This document shows, piece by piece, positions 26,531 through 37,054 of a stretch of DNA of 64,000 bases; positions within the stretch are counted from its first letter, which is position 1, and each line of letters opens with the position of its first letter. This stretch comes from an uncultured Candidatus Bathyarchaeia archaeon. Lineage in GTDB: Archaea; Thermoproteota; Bathyarchaeia; 40CM-2-53-6. The DNA lies in assembly GCA_964559555.1 (NCBI GenBank), contig CAZLHM010000002.1:12238-76237 (forward strand), read 5' to 3'. The notes beneath the pieces were generated by a model. That model saw only the letters and a program-made list of their open reading frames with translations. It was not told the origin of the DNA and ran no database searches. Made by a program: the position numbers and the translations under genes.

Positions 26531-27376
26531 ATGATTTCGATGGCGTTCAGAGTGGCCGTGATCCAACCGGTAAGAGAGAAGGACGAAGATGTCGATAACG
26601 CCTTGGAGTATCTCGATCGAGAGGCTGGAGATGGAGTGCGGCTCATTTGCTTCCCGGAGGGCTATCCCGGCCCATGGCAAGAGGCACTCCTTGGCGTATC
26701 GCCGGCGAAGAAGCTAGGCTACCGTAGCCTGGACGAGTATGCTTCTGTGAGAGCGTTCTCTCGAGAAGCGAAGAACAAGGGTGTACACATCGCTTTCGGC
26801 TTGACGGAGGTGCACGACAACGACTACTTCAACAGCTACTTAGTTGTCGGTCCTTCAGGCGAGCTGGTCCACAAACATAGGAAGACAACGCCTGCCGCGT
26901 TCGAGGTTGCGGCCGACGGAAGACCTGTGAATAGGGGGAATGAGCTCGAAGTGTTCGAGATCGAAGGAGTCAAGGCTGGAATACTGACATGCTGGGAGGC
27001 CCTGTTCCCCGAGCTTCCACGTGTCCTTGCGCTCAAAGGAGCTGAGATCCTCCTCTTTCCAACTGGAGGGAAGATCTACGAGCTCTTAGATACTTGGCGA
27101 ACGGTCATCTGGGCTAGAGCGATAGACAACCTAGCCTATGTTGTCATCAGCGTGAACCTCTACGGTAAGGAGAAGGGCCTCTCTATGATTGCAGGACCAG
27201 AAGATATCTTGGTTGAGAACGAGGGCGAAGGTGTCATTACAGCTGACCTAGACCTCGAGAGGTTACGTTGGATCAGAGAAACGGACGAGGAGCTGACGAT
27301 ACCGAAGAAGTACAAGTGCGTTCCGGGGTTGTTCAAGTACAGAAGGCCGGAACTCTACCGTCCGCTTGCAGAGTAA
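26531..27376 (+). CDS. carbon-nitrogen hydrolase (nitrilase superfamily; N-carbamoyl-amide/beta-ureidopropionase-like)
   Basis: RVAVIQ...ICFPEGY (Glu) and ILTCWEALFPE (Cys) are elements of the nitrilase-superfamily E-K-C triad. Paralog of 44357..45169. Confidence 0.75.
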   Translation: MISMAFRVAVIQPVREKDEDVDNALEYLDREAGDGVRLICFPEGYPGPWQEALLGVSPAKKLGYRSLDEYASVRAFSREAKNKGVHIAFGLTEVHDNDYFNSYLVVGPSGELVHKHRKTTPAAFEVAADGRPVNRGNELEVFEIEGVKAGILTCWEALFPELPRVLALKGAEILLFPTGGKIYELLDTWRTVIWARAIDNLAYVVISVNLYGKEKGLSMIAGPEDILVENEGEGVITADLDLERLRWIRETDEELTIPKKYKCVPGLFKYRRPELYRPLAE

Positions 27377-29133
27377 CCTTCACCCTTGGGGGCACCACTT
27401 TCGGAATCCCATCCACATTCCTCGTAGAATTCCTTGAGCATAAGTTCGAGCTCGACTCGCTGGCCTTTGCATGGTCCCTCAGGCATAGGTGTCTCGATGA
27501 GTCTTCTAGGCAGATCATCGTCTCTTCTTCTAACGCCCGCTCTATAGTTGAAGATTCTTTCAGTATTGGATATATGCTCGGCCGCTTCTAGAAGTCGTGA
27601 GCTGGTGAAGTCGCTCCCCGTGGCATGCTTGAGGAGATTGGCTACCGCATCGAGATACACAACTCCGCTATAGAATACGCAAAGAATTGCAGAGTCAAAG
27701 ACGAGCTGTTTCTTCCTTAGTTCTTTGACTAGGGATGCCTTGCCTTGTGGAGTGAATCTGTCCATCTTGCCTGAGAAGACCTCAGGGAACATCGTGTATC
27801 CGCCGGCGTGGTGGCATCCTCCTCGTTCGGATGTAGCCATGGCAAGTCCTTCTCCTTTGGCTCCTCTCGGATCATAACCTCCTAGCTCGAGTCCCTTCAC
27901 GTGCATCGCATAATGATCGGAGTTATGTCCGACAGCCTTGGCTAGGTGTCTGACACCTTCTGCCAAGTCGGCTCCAAAACCCTCTCGGCGGGCGATCGCT
28001 TCAATGACTCGCGGGAGCTCCGCGTATTTTCCGAACTTGATCTTGAACTCTCCGAGCCGCCCCTTGAGAACCTGTCTCTCGTGGCATTCCATCATGAAAG
28101 CGATCACGCTACCCGTTGTGATAGTATCCATTCCCATTCGGTCGCATAGGTAGTCAGAGAGCGCTATCGAATGTATGCTCTTGATTCCGCAGTTCGATCC
28201 AAGCGCGTACACCGTTTCATACTCAGGGCCTTCAGTCACCGCAGCTTCGCCTCTGTAATGAATCGAACTCACCTTTCCGCAGGCGACAGCGCAAGCGAAG
28301 CAGGCGGAGTCTCTTGAAACCAGTTTCTGTCTCATGCGTTCTCCTCCTATTTCTTCGGCTCCGTCGAATACGCCTGTCCGGAAGTTGCGTGTGGGGAGCA
28401 TTCCGAGTTCGTTGAGGGCGCGGACTAGTGAAGGCGTCCCGTAGAATCTGTAGTCAATCATCTCAGCATCTTTCTTGACAGCTTCGAACACGGGTTTGAG
28501 ATTCTCGTCAAACTGTTTGATGTCGTGTAAGGTGATGTTGCCGGTTCCTCTGACCGCTATGGCCTTGAGCTTCTTGGACCCGAGCACGGCTCCTGCTCCG
28601 CAACGCCCTGCCGCTCTTCTGCCGAAGATAATGTTCGCGTACTTCACAAGGTTCTCGCCTGCCGGGCCGATGCAGGCGATCTCGAAGTCTCTTCCGAGAT
28701 CATGGTGAATCGCCTCTTGAGCCTCAATTGTATCCGCCGCCCAATACGGTTCGGCATCTGTCACCGTAGCTCTCTTGTCGTCGATGACAAGCATGCTGGG
28801 AGATCTCGAGCGGCCTTGAATTATCACTGCATCATAGCCCGCGTACTTGAGTTCGGCACCAAAATGGCCGCCAGCGAGACTGAATCCATATGCTCCCGTG
28901 AGCGGCGATTTGAAATTGACACTGGCTCTCGACGAGCCCGGAGCCATCGTTCCTGTCAGTGGTCCGGTCGCCAAGATCAGCCTAGCATCAGTAGACAGAG
29001 GATCTATGGAAGGCGAAATCTCCTCCGAAAGGAGCGCAGCTCCTAGCCCCCTGCCACCCAAATACCTGTCGAACATTCTCTCCTCTAGGCGCTCGGTCTC
29101 GGTCCTAGCATTCGACAGGTCAACTCGAAGCAC
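27355..29133 (-). CDS. aldehyde:ferredoxin oxidoreductase family (tungsten/pterin) enzyme
   Basis: N-terminus MLRVDLSN...ERLEERMFDRYLGGRGLGAALL and length 592 aa are typical of the AOR family. Confidence 0.8.
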   Translation of the reverse strand: MLRVDLSNARTETERLEERMFDRYLGGRGLGAALLSEEISPSIDPLSTDARLILATGPLTGTMAPGSSRASVNFKSPLTGAYGFSLAGGHFGAELKYAGYDAVIIQGRSRSPSMLVIDDKRATVTDAEPYWAADTIEAQEAIHHDLGRDFEIACIGPAGENLVKYANIIFGRRAAGRCGAGAVLGSKKLKAIAVRGTGNITLHDIKQFDENLKPVFEAVKKDAEMIDYRFYGTPSLVRALNELGMLPTRNFRTGVFDGAEEIGGERMRQKLVSRDSACFACAVACGKVSSIHYRGEAAVTEGPEYETVYALGSNCGIKSIHSIALSDYLCDRMGMDTITTGSVIAFMMECHERQVLKGRLGEFKIKFGKYAELPRVIEAIARREGFGADLAEGVRHLAKAVGHNSDHYAMHVKGLELGGYDPRGAKGEGLAMATSERGGCHHAGGYTMFPEVFSGKMDRFTPQGKASLVKELRKKQLVFDSAILCVFYSGVVYLDAVANLLKHATGSDFTSSRLLEAAEHISNTERIFNYRAGVRRRDDDLPRRLIETPMPEGPCKGQRVELELMLKEFYEECGWDSESGAPKGEGYSASGR

Positions 29134-29267
29134 ATGTCCATTGAATGAATTCAGAAGTGTTCCTCACCAATCGTGCCATCGTGAACAACCAAGATCGATC
29201 TTAAAGGTTATTCATCGCCCACTATCCCGAGTCCAAGCTACTTGCCACGCATTGACAGGAGTGAGTC

Positions 29268-29837
29268 ATGGTGAAGCGATACGTGATAGAACACGGAAAT
29301 GGAATGCTGGTTGATATGAGAAAGGGTGATCGTGCGCTCGTAAAGACAGTGAGTGGGGGACAGGTTTCCGACCTGACTTTCATCGGTTTTGATCAAGCCA
29401 TGACTAGGAACGTGAACGGTTGGAGGCGATTCAATGAGCCGAGACTGGTCACCAAGTTCGACGAGGGGGACGTTCTTGTGGACGGGGACCTGAAGCCCGT
29501 TCTGCGAATCGTGAAGAACAATTCGTCAGCGAGCCATGATCTCCTCTTCCCTGGATGCTGGAGAGAGCTCTACTCGGACGGTCGGCGAGGTTGCAGGGAC
29601 ATACTGTCTGACTTCTTCCATATAGAGCGAAGAAATCTTCCGTCCATGGCCACGATGTTCATGGAAGTCAAGGAACTCAAAATCGTTCCGTCTCCCGCCA
29701 AACTTGGAGATTTCGTCGAGCTCGAAGCCTTGCGTGATGTTGTCGTAGGCCTCACCGCATGTCCTGACGATGCAGAGTGCAACAGCAAGCCAGGAGACAT
29801 AGAGGTCACTGTCAAGAGCAGTGTCGCGAGTCGATGA
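29268..29837 (+). CDS. DUF1989-family protein (urea-carboxylase-associated-like)
   Basis: SHDLLFPGCWRELY matches the HDLL...C motif of DUF1989. The stop overlaps the next gene's ATG (ATGA). Confidence 0.5.
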   Translation: MVKRYVIEHGNGMLVDMRKGDRALVKTVSGGQVSDLTFIGFDQAMTRNVNGWRRFNEPRLVTKFDEGDVLVDGDLKPVLRIVKNNSSASHDLLFPGCWRELYSDGRRGCRDILSDFFHIERRNLPSMATMFMEVKELKIVPSPAKLGDFVELEALRDVVVGLTACPDDAECNSKPGDIEVTVKSSVASR

Positions 29838-31237
29838 AGGACTGGATCATGGTTGATCTGCTGATCAAGAACGCCCTCGTAATGACACTGGACAAGACAC
29901 GTAGACTAGTCAGGAACGGAGCGGTCGCGATCGACCAAGGCAAGATCATTGCAGTTGGCGAGACAGATCGAATCTCAAGGGATCACAAAGGTCGGAAGGA
30001 AATAGATGCGACTGACATGGCGATTCTACCGGGATTCGTAAACCTGCACACACATCTTTCCGAGATGTTCATCCCCGGACTAAGCGATGACTTGGACCTC
30101 TACTCTTGGCTGAGCAAACTCGTCTACCCGGTATTATTGAACAGCCAACCAGACGAGTGCTGTTGGATGGCCCTGCTCGGTTGTGTCGAGATGATCAAGT
30201 CGGGAATTACCTGCTTCGTGGACACGTTTGGTCAGCTTACTGAGAAGGAGGTGCTGGGAAAAGTAGCCGAAGCAACGCTACGCTCAGGTCTACGAGCGCA
30301 TCTATCTAGGGAGATCGAGGAGATAACTGCGGAATCAGCCCAGCTCGCAATTGACGACACGATTCAGACAATGAAGAAACTACGATCAGCATCCATAGAT
30401 AGAGTGAAGGTCAGGCTGGCGCCTGGAATCGCAACCACGACCTCCAGAGACCTACTTGAGAGGGTGAAGGAAATTGCCTCTCGCGAGAAGTTAGGACTCA
30501 ACATGCACCTCGCGGAGACGAGAAGTGAAGTTGTGGAATCGAAGAAGAGGTACGGCGAAACGCCAATTAGATATGCTCACAGGGTCGGCTTGCTCGGACG
30601 TGACATGATAGGTGCCCACTGCGTGTGGGTCGATGACGACGAGATCAGGATGCTCCGCGAAACTGGAACGAACGTGGCCTACAACCCCATTTCAAACATG
30701 AAGCTTGCCGACGGCGTGGCACCGATATGGAAGATGCTGAGCGAGGGGGTGAACGTCGGCTTGGGAACCGACGGACCCGCAAGCAACGACAACCTCGACA
30801 TATTCTGCTGCATGAAGACTGGCGCCTACTTGCAGAAGGTGCACTGCATGAACCCGTCACTCCTGCCGTCACAGAGGATGCTCGAAATTGCGACAATCAA
30901 TGGAGCGAGGGCCTTGCGTGCGGGGAGCGAGCTGGGATCCATAGAGGTCGGGAAGAAAGCGGATCTGATCCTTGTGAACCTCAACTCGCCGAACTTGACA
31001 CCCGTTCACGATCTGCCGAGACAGCTCGTCTGCTCAGGAGATATCGAGAATGTGGATACCGTCATCGTCGACGGGAATCTGATCATGGAACATCGCGCGG
31101 TACTCTCCGTGGACGAAGAGGAGATCATGACGAAGGCCGAGGAGATTTCAGCGAGTTTGATCTCTCGAGCGAAGGTTAGGGAACGGTTGAGGGGAGACCT
31201 TCCAGGTGTGTTGGACCTGGAGAATGTCTCGAAGTGA
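29834..31237 (+). CDS. amidohydrolase-superfamily hydrolase (TRZ/ATZ chlorohydrolase/deaminase-like)
   Basis: LPGFVNLHTHLSE HxH motif. Start set at MKDWIMVDLLIKNALVM. Confidence 0.75.
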   Translation: MKDWIMVDLLIKNALVMTLDKTRRLVRNGAVAIDQGKIIAVGETDRISRDHKGRKEIDATDMAILPGFVNLHTHLSEMFIPGLSDDLDLYSWLSKLVYPVLLNSQPDECCWMALLGCVEMIKSGITCFVDTFGQLTEKEVLGKVAEATLRSGLRAHLSREIEEITAESAQLAIDDTIQTMKKLRSASIDRVKVRLAPGIATTTSRDLLERVKEIASREKLGLNMHLAETRSEVVESKKRYGETPIRYAHRVGLLGRDMIGAHCVWVDDDEIRMLRETGTNVAYNPISNMKLADGVAPIWKMLSEGVNVGLGTDGPASNDNLDIFCCMKTGAYLQKVHCMNPSLLPSQRMLEIATINGARALRAGSELGSIEVGKKADLILVNLNSPNLTPVHDLPRQLVCSGDIENVDTVIVDGNLIMEHRAVLSVDEEEIMTKAEEISASLISRAKVRERLRGDLPGVLDLENVSK

Positions 31238-32607
31238 TCGGGGGTTCCCCTATGGGGCGCCTGATAGTCGAAGGCGGAACAATAGTCACCGTGGACAGTT
31301 CTCGTAGGATCATCAGTGACGGAGCTATAGTTGTAGATAACGATAGGATCGTAGAGGTTGGAAAACGAAACGAAATTGTGAAGGAACACCATGCGGATCA
31401 AATTGTCGATGCCCGAGGGAAAGCAATCATTCCGGGCTTCGTAAACGTGCACACTCACACCTCCGAGAAGCTTGTCCCCGGTCTCGCAGACGATCTGAAT
31501 CTCTACTCATGGTTGCAGACGATCATCAACCCTATGATGATGAACCTTACGATAGATGATTGCTACTGGACTTCACTTCTGGCTCAGATCGAGATGATAA
31601 AGTCAGGCATCACGTGCTACTCTGATCACTTCGATACAACGATCGAGAGCATATTCGACACGCTCATCGGTTCAGTCGATGCGTCTGGAATACGCGGTGT
31701 GATCTCGAGGGAGATATTTACCAAAGATGCCCTGCCAAGTGAGCTGGCCTTGTCGGTATCTGACGACATCGATGAGAAGATGATAGACGACACTGTCAAA
31801 CACGTCAAGAGACGAAAAGACGAGTCGAGAGCTACCGTACGAGTGGGGTTAGGTGGGATATCCTACGCCTCGGAGTCATTGATGGAAAGAGTTCGATCAC
31901 TCGCCCATGAGTTCGGTGTTGGCGTACACGTTCACGCCGCAGAGAGTCTCGACGAGTTAAGATACTTCAAGCAGAAAAAGGACACGACGCCGATTAGACA
32001 CGCCCACAGGGTCGGCCTGCTGGGACCGGATGTCTTGTTGGCTCATTGCGTATGGGTAGATAGCGAAGAGATCCGGCTGCTCAAAGAGACAAAAAGCAAC
32101 GTTGCTTACAACCCAGTCTCCAACATGAAACTGGCAGATGGGGTAGCCCCAATATGGACGATGGTCCAAGAAGGCGTGAACGTCGGGCTGGGAACCGACG
32201 GACCCGCAAGTAACGACAACCTCGACATGTTCTGCTGCATGAAGGTGGGAGCGTACCTGCAGAAGGTCCATGCGCTGAATCCTTCCTGCCTCCCATCGCA
32301 GAAGACCCTCGAGATGGCCACAATCGACGGAGCAAGAGCGCTGCAGATGGAGGACATAATTGGCTCGATAGAGGTCGGAAAGAAGGCCGACCTCACTGTG
32401 ATAGACCTCAGGACGCCCAACATGACGCCCACTAATGACATCGTCAAGCAGATAGTCTGTTCCTGCACACCTTCCAACGTTGACACCGTCATAGTAGACG
32501 GAGAGGTCATCCTAGAGGATAGGAAATTCACGAGAGTGGATGAAGCCGCAGCCATCAAGGAATGCAGACGCAGAGGCACCAAACTCATCGAGCGCATGTA
32601 TGGCTAA
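31234..32607 (+). CDS. amidohydrolase-superfamily hydrolase (paralog)
   Basis: IPGFVNVHTHTSE. About 50% identical by eye to the preceding gene. Overlaps it by 4 nt. Confidence 0.75.
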   Translation: MIGGSPMGRLIVEGGTIVTVDSSRRIISDGAIVVDNDRIVEVGKRNEIVKEHHADQIVDARGKAIIPGFVNVHTHTSEKLVPGLADDLNLYSWLQTIINPMMMNLTIDDCYWTSLLAQIEMIKSGITCYSDHFDTTIESIFDTLIGSVDASGIRGVISREIFTKDALPSELALSVSDDIDEKMIDDTVKHVKRRKDESRATVRVGLGGISYASESLMERVRSLAHEFGVGVHVHAAESLDELRYFKQKKDTTPIRHAHRVGLLGPDVLLAHCVWVDSEEIRLLKETKSNVAYNPVSNMKLADGVAPIWTMVQEGVNVGLGTDGPASNDNLDMFCCMKVGAYLQKVHALNPSCLPSQKTLEMATIDGARALQMEDIIGSIEVGKKADLTVIDLRTPNMTPTNDIVKQIVCSCTPSNVDTVIVDGEVILEDRKFTRVDEAAAIKECRRRGTKLIERMYG

Positions 32608-32691
32608 CTCAGGGTGCAGCCTAGTCAAGCTCCACCAAGGACATTCTGTCTTCGTCCGCGTAGTGTCTGAACATCCAGATGAACACAGCAG

Positions 32692-34635
32692 TCATGATGA
32701 CCGTAGCCTTGCAGGCCTCGCCGTTTGAGCCAATCCGAGTGCTCTCGCAACTCGGCATGTGACCATGATTACTCTCCGATTGTACTTCTTAGCGACGCGG
32801 GGCTTCTCAGCGAGCCTATACAGTGAGTGCCGGAACAGGTATCTTCCTGTTCTGTTCCTAGCGGCTACGGTGATGAACGAGTAGTGTCTGAAGAACTCGT
32901 CTCTTGGACTTCTCGACCCGCAGCGTCGTGGGTGTGTTCTTGTATCGAATTCCTTGATCATGCATTGTGCTGAGCTATCTCCCTCGGCCGCTTTCTTCCG
33001 AGTGTAACAGAGGGTGTAGTCCCAGACTCGCTCGAAGGTTTTTCTCTCTTCAGTCCCCGGCCGGAAGCTTGCCAGCGTTTCGAAGAACAATAGTTGGAAG
33101 ATGGTCGACATCTTGAGCTTGAGTTTTCCGTTGCACGCTCTCGATATTGCCTGATAGACCTCCGGTCGCTTGTCGCTTCCTGAGTGGAAATCCAAGATCG
33201 CACCGAAATGCCAGGCCACGACAGCGAGTCTGTGAATCCTAGATTCCAGCTCGCCTAGATCGCCGCTGTGGTCCTCTCGTTTTCTGAAGCCGACATTGGG
33301 AGCCACAAGGTCGGCTCTCATGCCCATTCGAGCAGATTCGCTTAGGTAGAAGAACAACTCCTTCTCGGTGGTGAGGGTCTTGTATGCTTCGTCAAGAGAC
33401 AGCTCGAAGTTGAATGATCGGCCCCTCATCCCGCTCTTCATGTGTTCGTACAGTCTCTTGTTCACGAGTAGGCCATCTCTGTACTTGACTGCCAGACGGG
33501 CAAGCTCCTCATCGCTGAATGTTAGCTCGAAGCCATCCATGCCTGAATGATCGGCAATCACGTGAGGAGTACCGGGGTGATACCACGCTAACAGAGCATC
33601 TCTCTCTTCGGGAGAGAGAATCCTTTCATACTCCGACAGGATGTGTCCTGTTGACCAAGCGACTGAATCATCTACCGGTTCCTTGGACAGAGCCGAGACA
33701 TCAGTCGTCATTCCAACGACGAGCCCTGTGCGGGTTGCTTCCTCGATTACTCTCTGGCAGTACTCTACAGACTTGTCGAGCATTGTACGGTCGATGTCGG
33801 TCGTTGGGATGTTGGGTTCTGCGTGTCCTCGAATTCTGGCGATGACAGATGATGGATCAGTTGAAACGATCAGGTGATCGATCTCCGTACCGTATGTCGA
33901 TCTGCCAAACTTGAAACATTCTTTGACGATTGTCCCATACAGGAGGTCGGCGTACAGTCCGGTGTGACCTAGCCATTCAGGATATCGTCCAGGCAGCGCT
34001 TTTATGACCTCCCGCAGGCTGAATTCCCTTCCACCGGATAGCTGGAAGTCCGCGCGAAAATCAGCCTTCTCGACGGCCTCCAACAGCGGAGGCAACGAGA
34101 ACAGCATCCTTACGCCCAAGCCTAGTCTCGGAGTTGTCTTCAAGTTCTGCGGGAGAATTCCAAGTTGCTCCTGCTCGGCAAGTAGCAGAAGGTTCTCCGA
34201 AGTGAGAGGCGACACGTACGCAATAATTGCGTTATCACCGTCTGGAACAGCTACATGACGCGTTGCTTTCGTAAGGAACTTGGGAGGGTCTCCTTCCGAG
34301 AGCCTTGAATGTTCGAGGCACACGAGCGCCTCGCCTGTCCCGAACGTGGCAGCGAAGTATACTCTGCCTCTGCTCTGCCTAACGGAACGCCAGAACATTG
34401 CGGCGTCTACTCCTGCTCTCTTGATTTTTCGACGAGCCGAGAGAATTAGCCTTGCATCTACAGGTCTTTCGAAGCATCCGACCTGTGATAGCACACGAGC
34501 TATGGTTCTCAATCTGGAATCGAATTCTGTACGGGAAGAGTGGTGATGACGTGTCGCTCTCATCTCAGGGAAGACCTTCCGAAAGGGAATTTTGACAAGC
34601 CAGTGTGTTCGGGCAGTGTCTCCCCGGGCATCCAC
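32692..34635 (-). CDS. large hypothetical protein (up to 647 aa; true start probably internal)
   Basis: Long ORF with coding-like composition. No motif recognised with confidence. His/Asp-rich segments (HSGSD, HSGD) suggest a metal site. Confidence 0.45.
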   Translation of the reverse strand: MDARGDTARTHWLVKIPFRKVFPEMRATRHHHSSRTEFDSRLRTIARVLSQVGCFERPVDARLILSARRKIKRAGVDAAMFWRSVRQSRGRVYFAATFGTGEALVCLEHSRLSEGDPPKFLTKATRHVAVPDGDNAIIAYVSPLTSENLLLLAEQEQLGILPQNLKTTPRLGLGVRMLFSLPPLLEAVEKADFRADFQLSGGREFSLREVIKALPGRYPEWLGHTGLYADLLYGTIVKECFKFGRSTYGTEIDHLIVSTDPSSVIARIRGHAEPNIPTTDIDRTMLDKSVEYCQRVIEEATRTGLVVGMTTDVSALSKEPVDDSVAWSTGHILSEYERILSPEERDALLAWYHPGTPHVIADHSGMDGFELTFSDEELARLAVKYRDGLLVNKRLYEHMKSGMRGRSFNFELSLDEAYKTLTTEKELFFYLSESARMGMRADLVAPNVGFRKREDHSGDLGELESRIHRLAVVAWHFGAILDFHSGSDKRPEVYQAISRACNGKLKLKMSTIFQLLFFETLASFRPGTEERKTFERVWDYTLCYTRKKAAEGDSSAQCMIKEFDTRTHPRRCGSRSPRDEFFRHYSFITVAARNRTGRYLFRHSLYRLAEKPRVAKKYNRRVIMVTCRVARALGLAQTARPARLRSS

Positions 34636-34746
34636 GGCCTAGCGGTTCTAGTCGTGTAGTGTGATCCACGCTGTCGCTTCCCTAGGTTTCATAGAGATCG
34701 TTCCTCGCCACTGATTAATTCTTTTCTCGGATGTGAGAGATGGCGA

Positions 34747-35604
34747 ATGTCTCAAATACTTTTGCAGGTCGCATGGGATGAGAGTGATGTTCTGGTGCTA
34801 CCATGCCTCAACGAGGCGACAGTAAAACAGACTGATGTTGACACTTTCTTGGCAGCGTCTGCTGCCGCGGGCTTCAAAGGGATCGAATTCAGAATCGAGC
34901 CCCTGCGTTCATACTCTGCCCTGAATCATAGCTGGGGCGAAGTCCGACAGCTCCTCAACAAGCATGGTCTTCAGTCGGTCTGCTTGAACTCATTTGAGGA
35001 CTTCGGCAATGTTCCTGAAGACGAGTTTGAAGCGGTCCTGCACAGAGCTCGAGAGTTCTCGATCGTCTGCAAGGAGACGAACACCAAGGTTTTTGTCGCA
35101 TGTCCAAGCGGGACTCCGAAAAGCTTCTCGAAAGCGAAGGCGCTCGAGATTACATCGAATAGGCTTGATAGGATCGCGGCGGTGGCTAGAGAGTATTCCA
35201 TCAACATAGCATTCGAGTTTGTATGCGGTAGATCAGCCAACACACTTGACGATTCGATGACAGTCCTGAAGGCCGCAAAAGCCTCCAACGTAGGGCTACT
35301 GATAGACACCTTTCATCACTATGTTGCCCAATCAACGCTTGTGACGCTTCGAGACTTTCCACTTGAGCGATTGTGGCTGGTTCACTTCAACGACACTGAA
35401 GGAGCACCTATTGATACTCTGACCGATGAGATGAGGCTCCTCCCCGGCAGAGGCGTCATAGACTTGTTTGGTTTCTCTCAATGGCTCAGAGACAGAGGTT
35501 GGGATGGGTGGCTCTCAGTGGAAATGTTCAGGCCAGAGTACTGGAAGATGGATCCATTCGAGTTGGCACGGCAGTCAATGAGATCCCTGAAACCGTATCT
35601 ATGA
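34747..35604 (+). CDS. sugar-phosphate isomerase/epimerase-like TIM-barrel protein (xylose isomerase-like fold)
   Basis: ...LIDTFHH...HFNDTEG...WLSVEMF pattern typical of the AP-endonuclease-2/xylose-isomerase-like family. Confidence 0.6.
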   Translation: MSQILLQVAWDESDVLVLPCLNEATVKQTDVDTFLAASAAAGFKGIEFRIEPLRSYSALNHSWGEVRQLLNKHGLQSVCLNSFEDFGNVPEDEFEAVLHRAREFSIVCKETNTKVFVACPSGTPKSFSKAKALEITSNRLDRIAAVAREYSINIAFEFVCGRSANTLDDSMTVLKAAKASNVGLLIDTFHHYVAQSTLVTLRDFPLERLWLVHFNDTEGAPIDTLTDEMRLLPGRGVIDLFGFSQWLRDRGWDGWLSVEMFRPEYWKMDPFELARQSMRSLKPYL

Positions 35605-35872
35605 CAGCTTGGACCGCGGACTAGACTGAAGATACCGGTGCACTGCGATCTGCATGTCTTCGGTAGCCGTTCATCGGATCCTCACGAACTATCTAGTCTG
35701 AGGAGCATGTTGTGTTCGATCGGTTGCGTCATTGTTGAATCTTCACTGGTAATGCTATGGTAGACTGTCTGCACATTTCGTGAATCAGACTTCTCGGGCT
35801 AGCACAATCGCTGGCTCGGAGATTGGGCAAGTCTTTTCTACAGTGCTGCGGGGTACTGCGAGAGGATGGTCC

Positions 35873-37054
35873 ATGACCGGGAAACAAACGGCGGCAGTCT
35901 TGCATGCAGATTGGAAACCGAGAAAAGGCTACGTACCTACTGCTGCTGAAGAGGCAAGTCGACGAGCAACGTACGCTAGTCGCGTTTGGCACAATCCTAG
36001 AGTCGTTGTCGAGGACATACCGACACCGGAAATAGGAGCCAAAGATGTTCTTGTGAAGATCAAAGCCTGCGGGATCTGTGGTTCCGACGTTCACATGTTC
36101 GAGAGTGACAGCGAAGGCTACATGGTCTATCCCGGATTGGTCAAGACACCAGTCGTCATTGGGCATGAACTGGCAGGAGTCGTCGAGAAGGTGGGGAGCG
36201 AAGTCGTCAAAGTGAAACCAGGCGACTACATCGCATGCGAAGAGATGTGGTATTGTGGCGAGTGCGATCCATGCAGGACGAGCTATTTCAACCACTGTCT
36301 GAACCTAGAGGAAATGGGTTTCACACACAACGGCGGATTTGAACAGTACATGCGGCTTCACCAGAAATTCTGCTGGAACATTAGCGAGTTCAAGAGCCGG
36401 TTCAGGACAGACGACCAAATCTTTGAAGCAGGGTCTCTCGTTGAGCCTGCATGTGTCTCCTACAACGGGATGTTCGTTCGCTCAGGAGGGTTCAGGCCGG
36501 GGTCCAATGTCGCGGTATGGGGTGCAGGACCCATAGGTCTATCCGCTATTGGTCTCGCCAAGGCTGCTGGTGCCGCTAAGATAATTGCCTTTGAAGACAT
36601 ACCACAACGTCTAGAAATGGCCAAGAAAGTCGGTGCCGATTACGCATTCAGCCCGAAGGATCTCATACGCAAGGGCACACAGCCATGGGAGAAGGTTTTG
36701 GAGCTCACAGGCGGAAAAGGAGTAGAAATGCACATTGAAGCCGCCGGCGACCCTTCATCGATCATTCCACAATCCGAGAGAAGTCTCACGCTTGGCGGGA
36801 AGATTGTGCAAATCGGTCGAGCAGATAAGGCTGCGCCTGTTTTCTTCGAACTCTACCAAGTGAGATCATTACAAGCATTCGGTACCCAAGGACACGCGGG
36901 AGAGGGCGTGTGGCCTAGAGTCATCAACCTGATGGCATCAGGAAGACTCGATACACTTGACATCATTACTGCACGCTTTACAATTCCAGAGATCAACGAT
37001 GCCCTTGAACAGATCAGGAGCAGAACAGACGCGAAGATAACCATAAGACCGTAG
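35873..37054 (+). CDS. zinc-dependent alcohol/polyol dehydrogenase (MDR family)
   Basis: GICGSDVHM and a Cys cluster CGECDPC (structural Zn). GxGxxG Rossmann GAGPIGL. Start moved to the internal MTGKQ. Confidence 0.75.
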   Translation: MTGKQTAAVLHADWKPRKGYVPTAAEEASRRATYASRVWHNPRVVVEDIPTPEIGAKDVLVKIKACGICGSDVHMFESDSEGYMVYPGLVKTPVVIGHELAGVVEKVGSEVVKVKPGDYIACEEMWYCGECDPCRTSYFNHCLNLEEMGFTHNGGFEQYMRLHQKFCWNISEFKSRFRTDDQIFEAGSLVEPACVSYNGMFVRSGGFRPGSNVAVWGAGPIGLSAIGLAKAAGAAKIIAFEDIPQRLEMAKKVGADYAFSPKDLIRKGTQPWEKVLELTGGKGVEMHIEAAGDPSSIIPQSERSLTLGGKIVQIGRADKAAPVFFELYQVRSLQAFGTQGHAGEGVWPRVINLMASGRLDTLDIITARFTIPEINDALEQIRSRTDAKITIRP

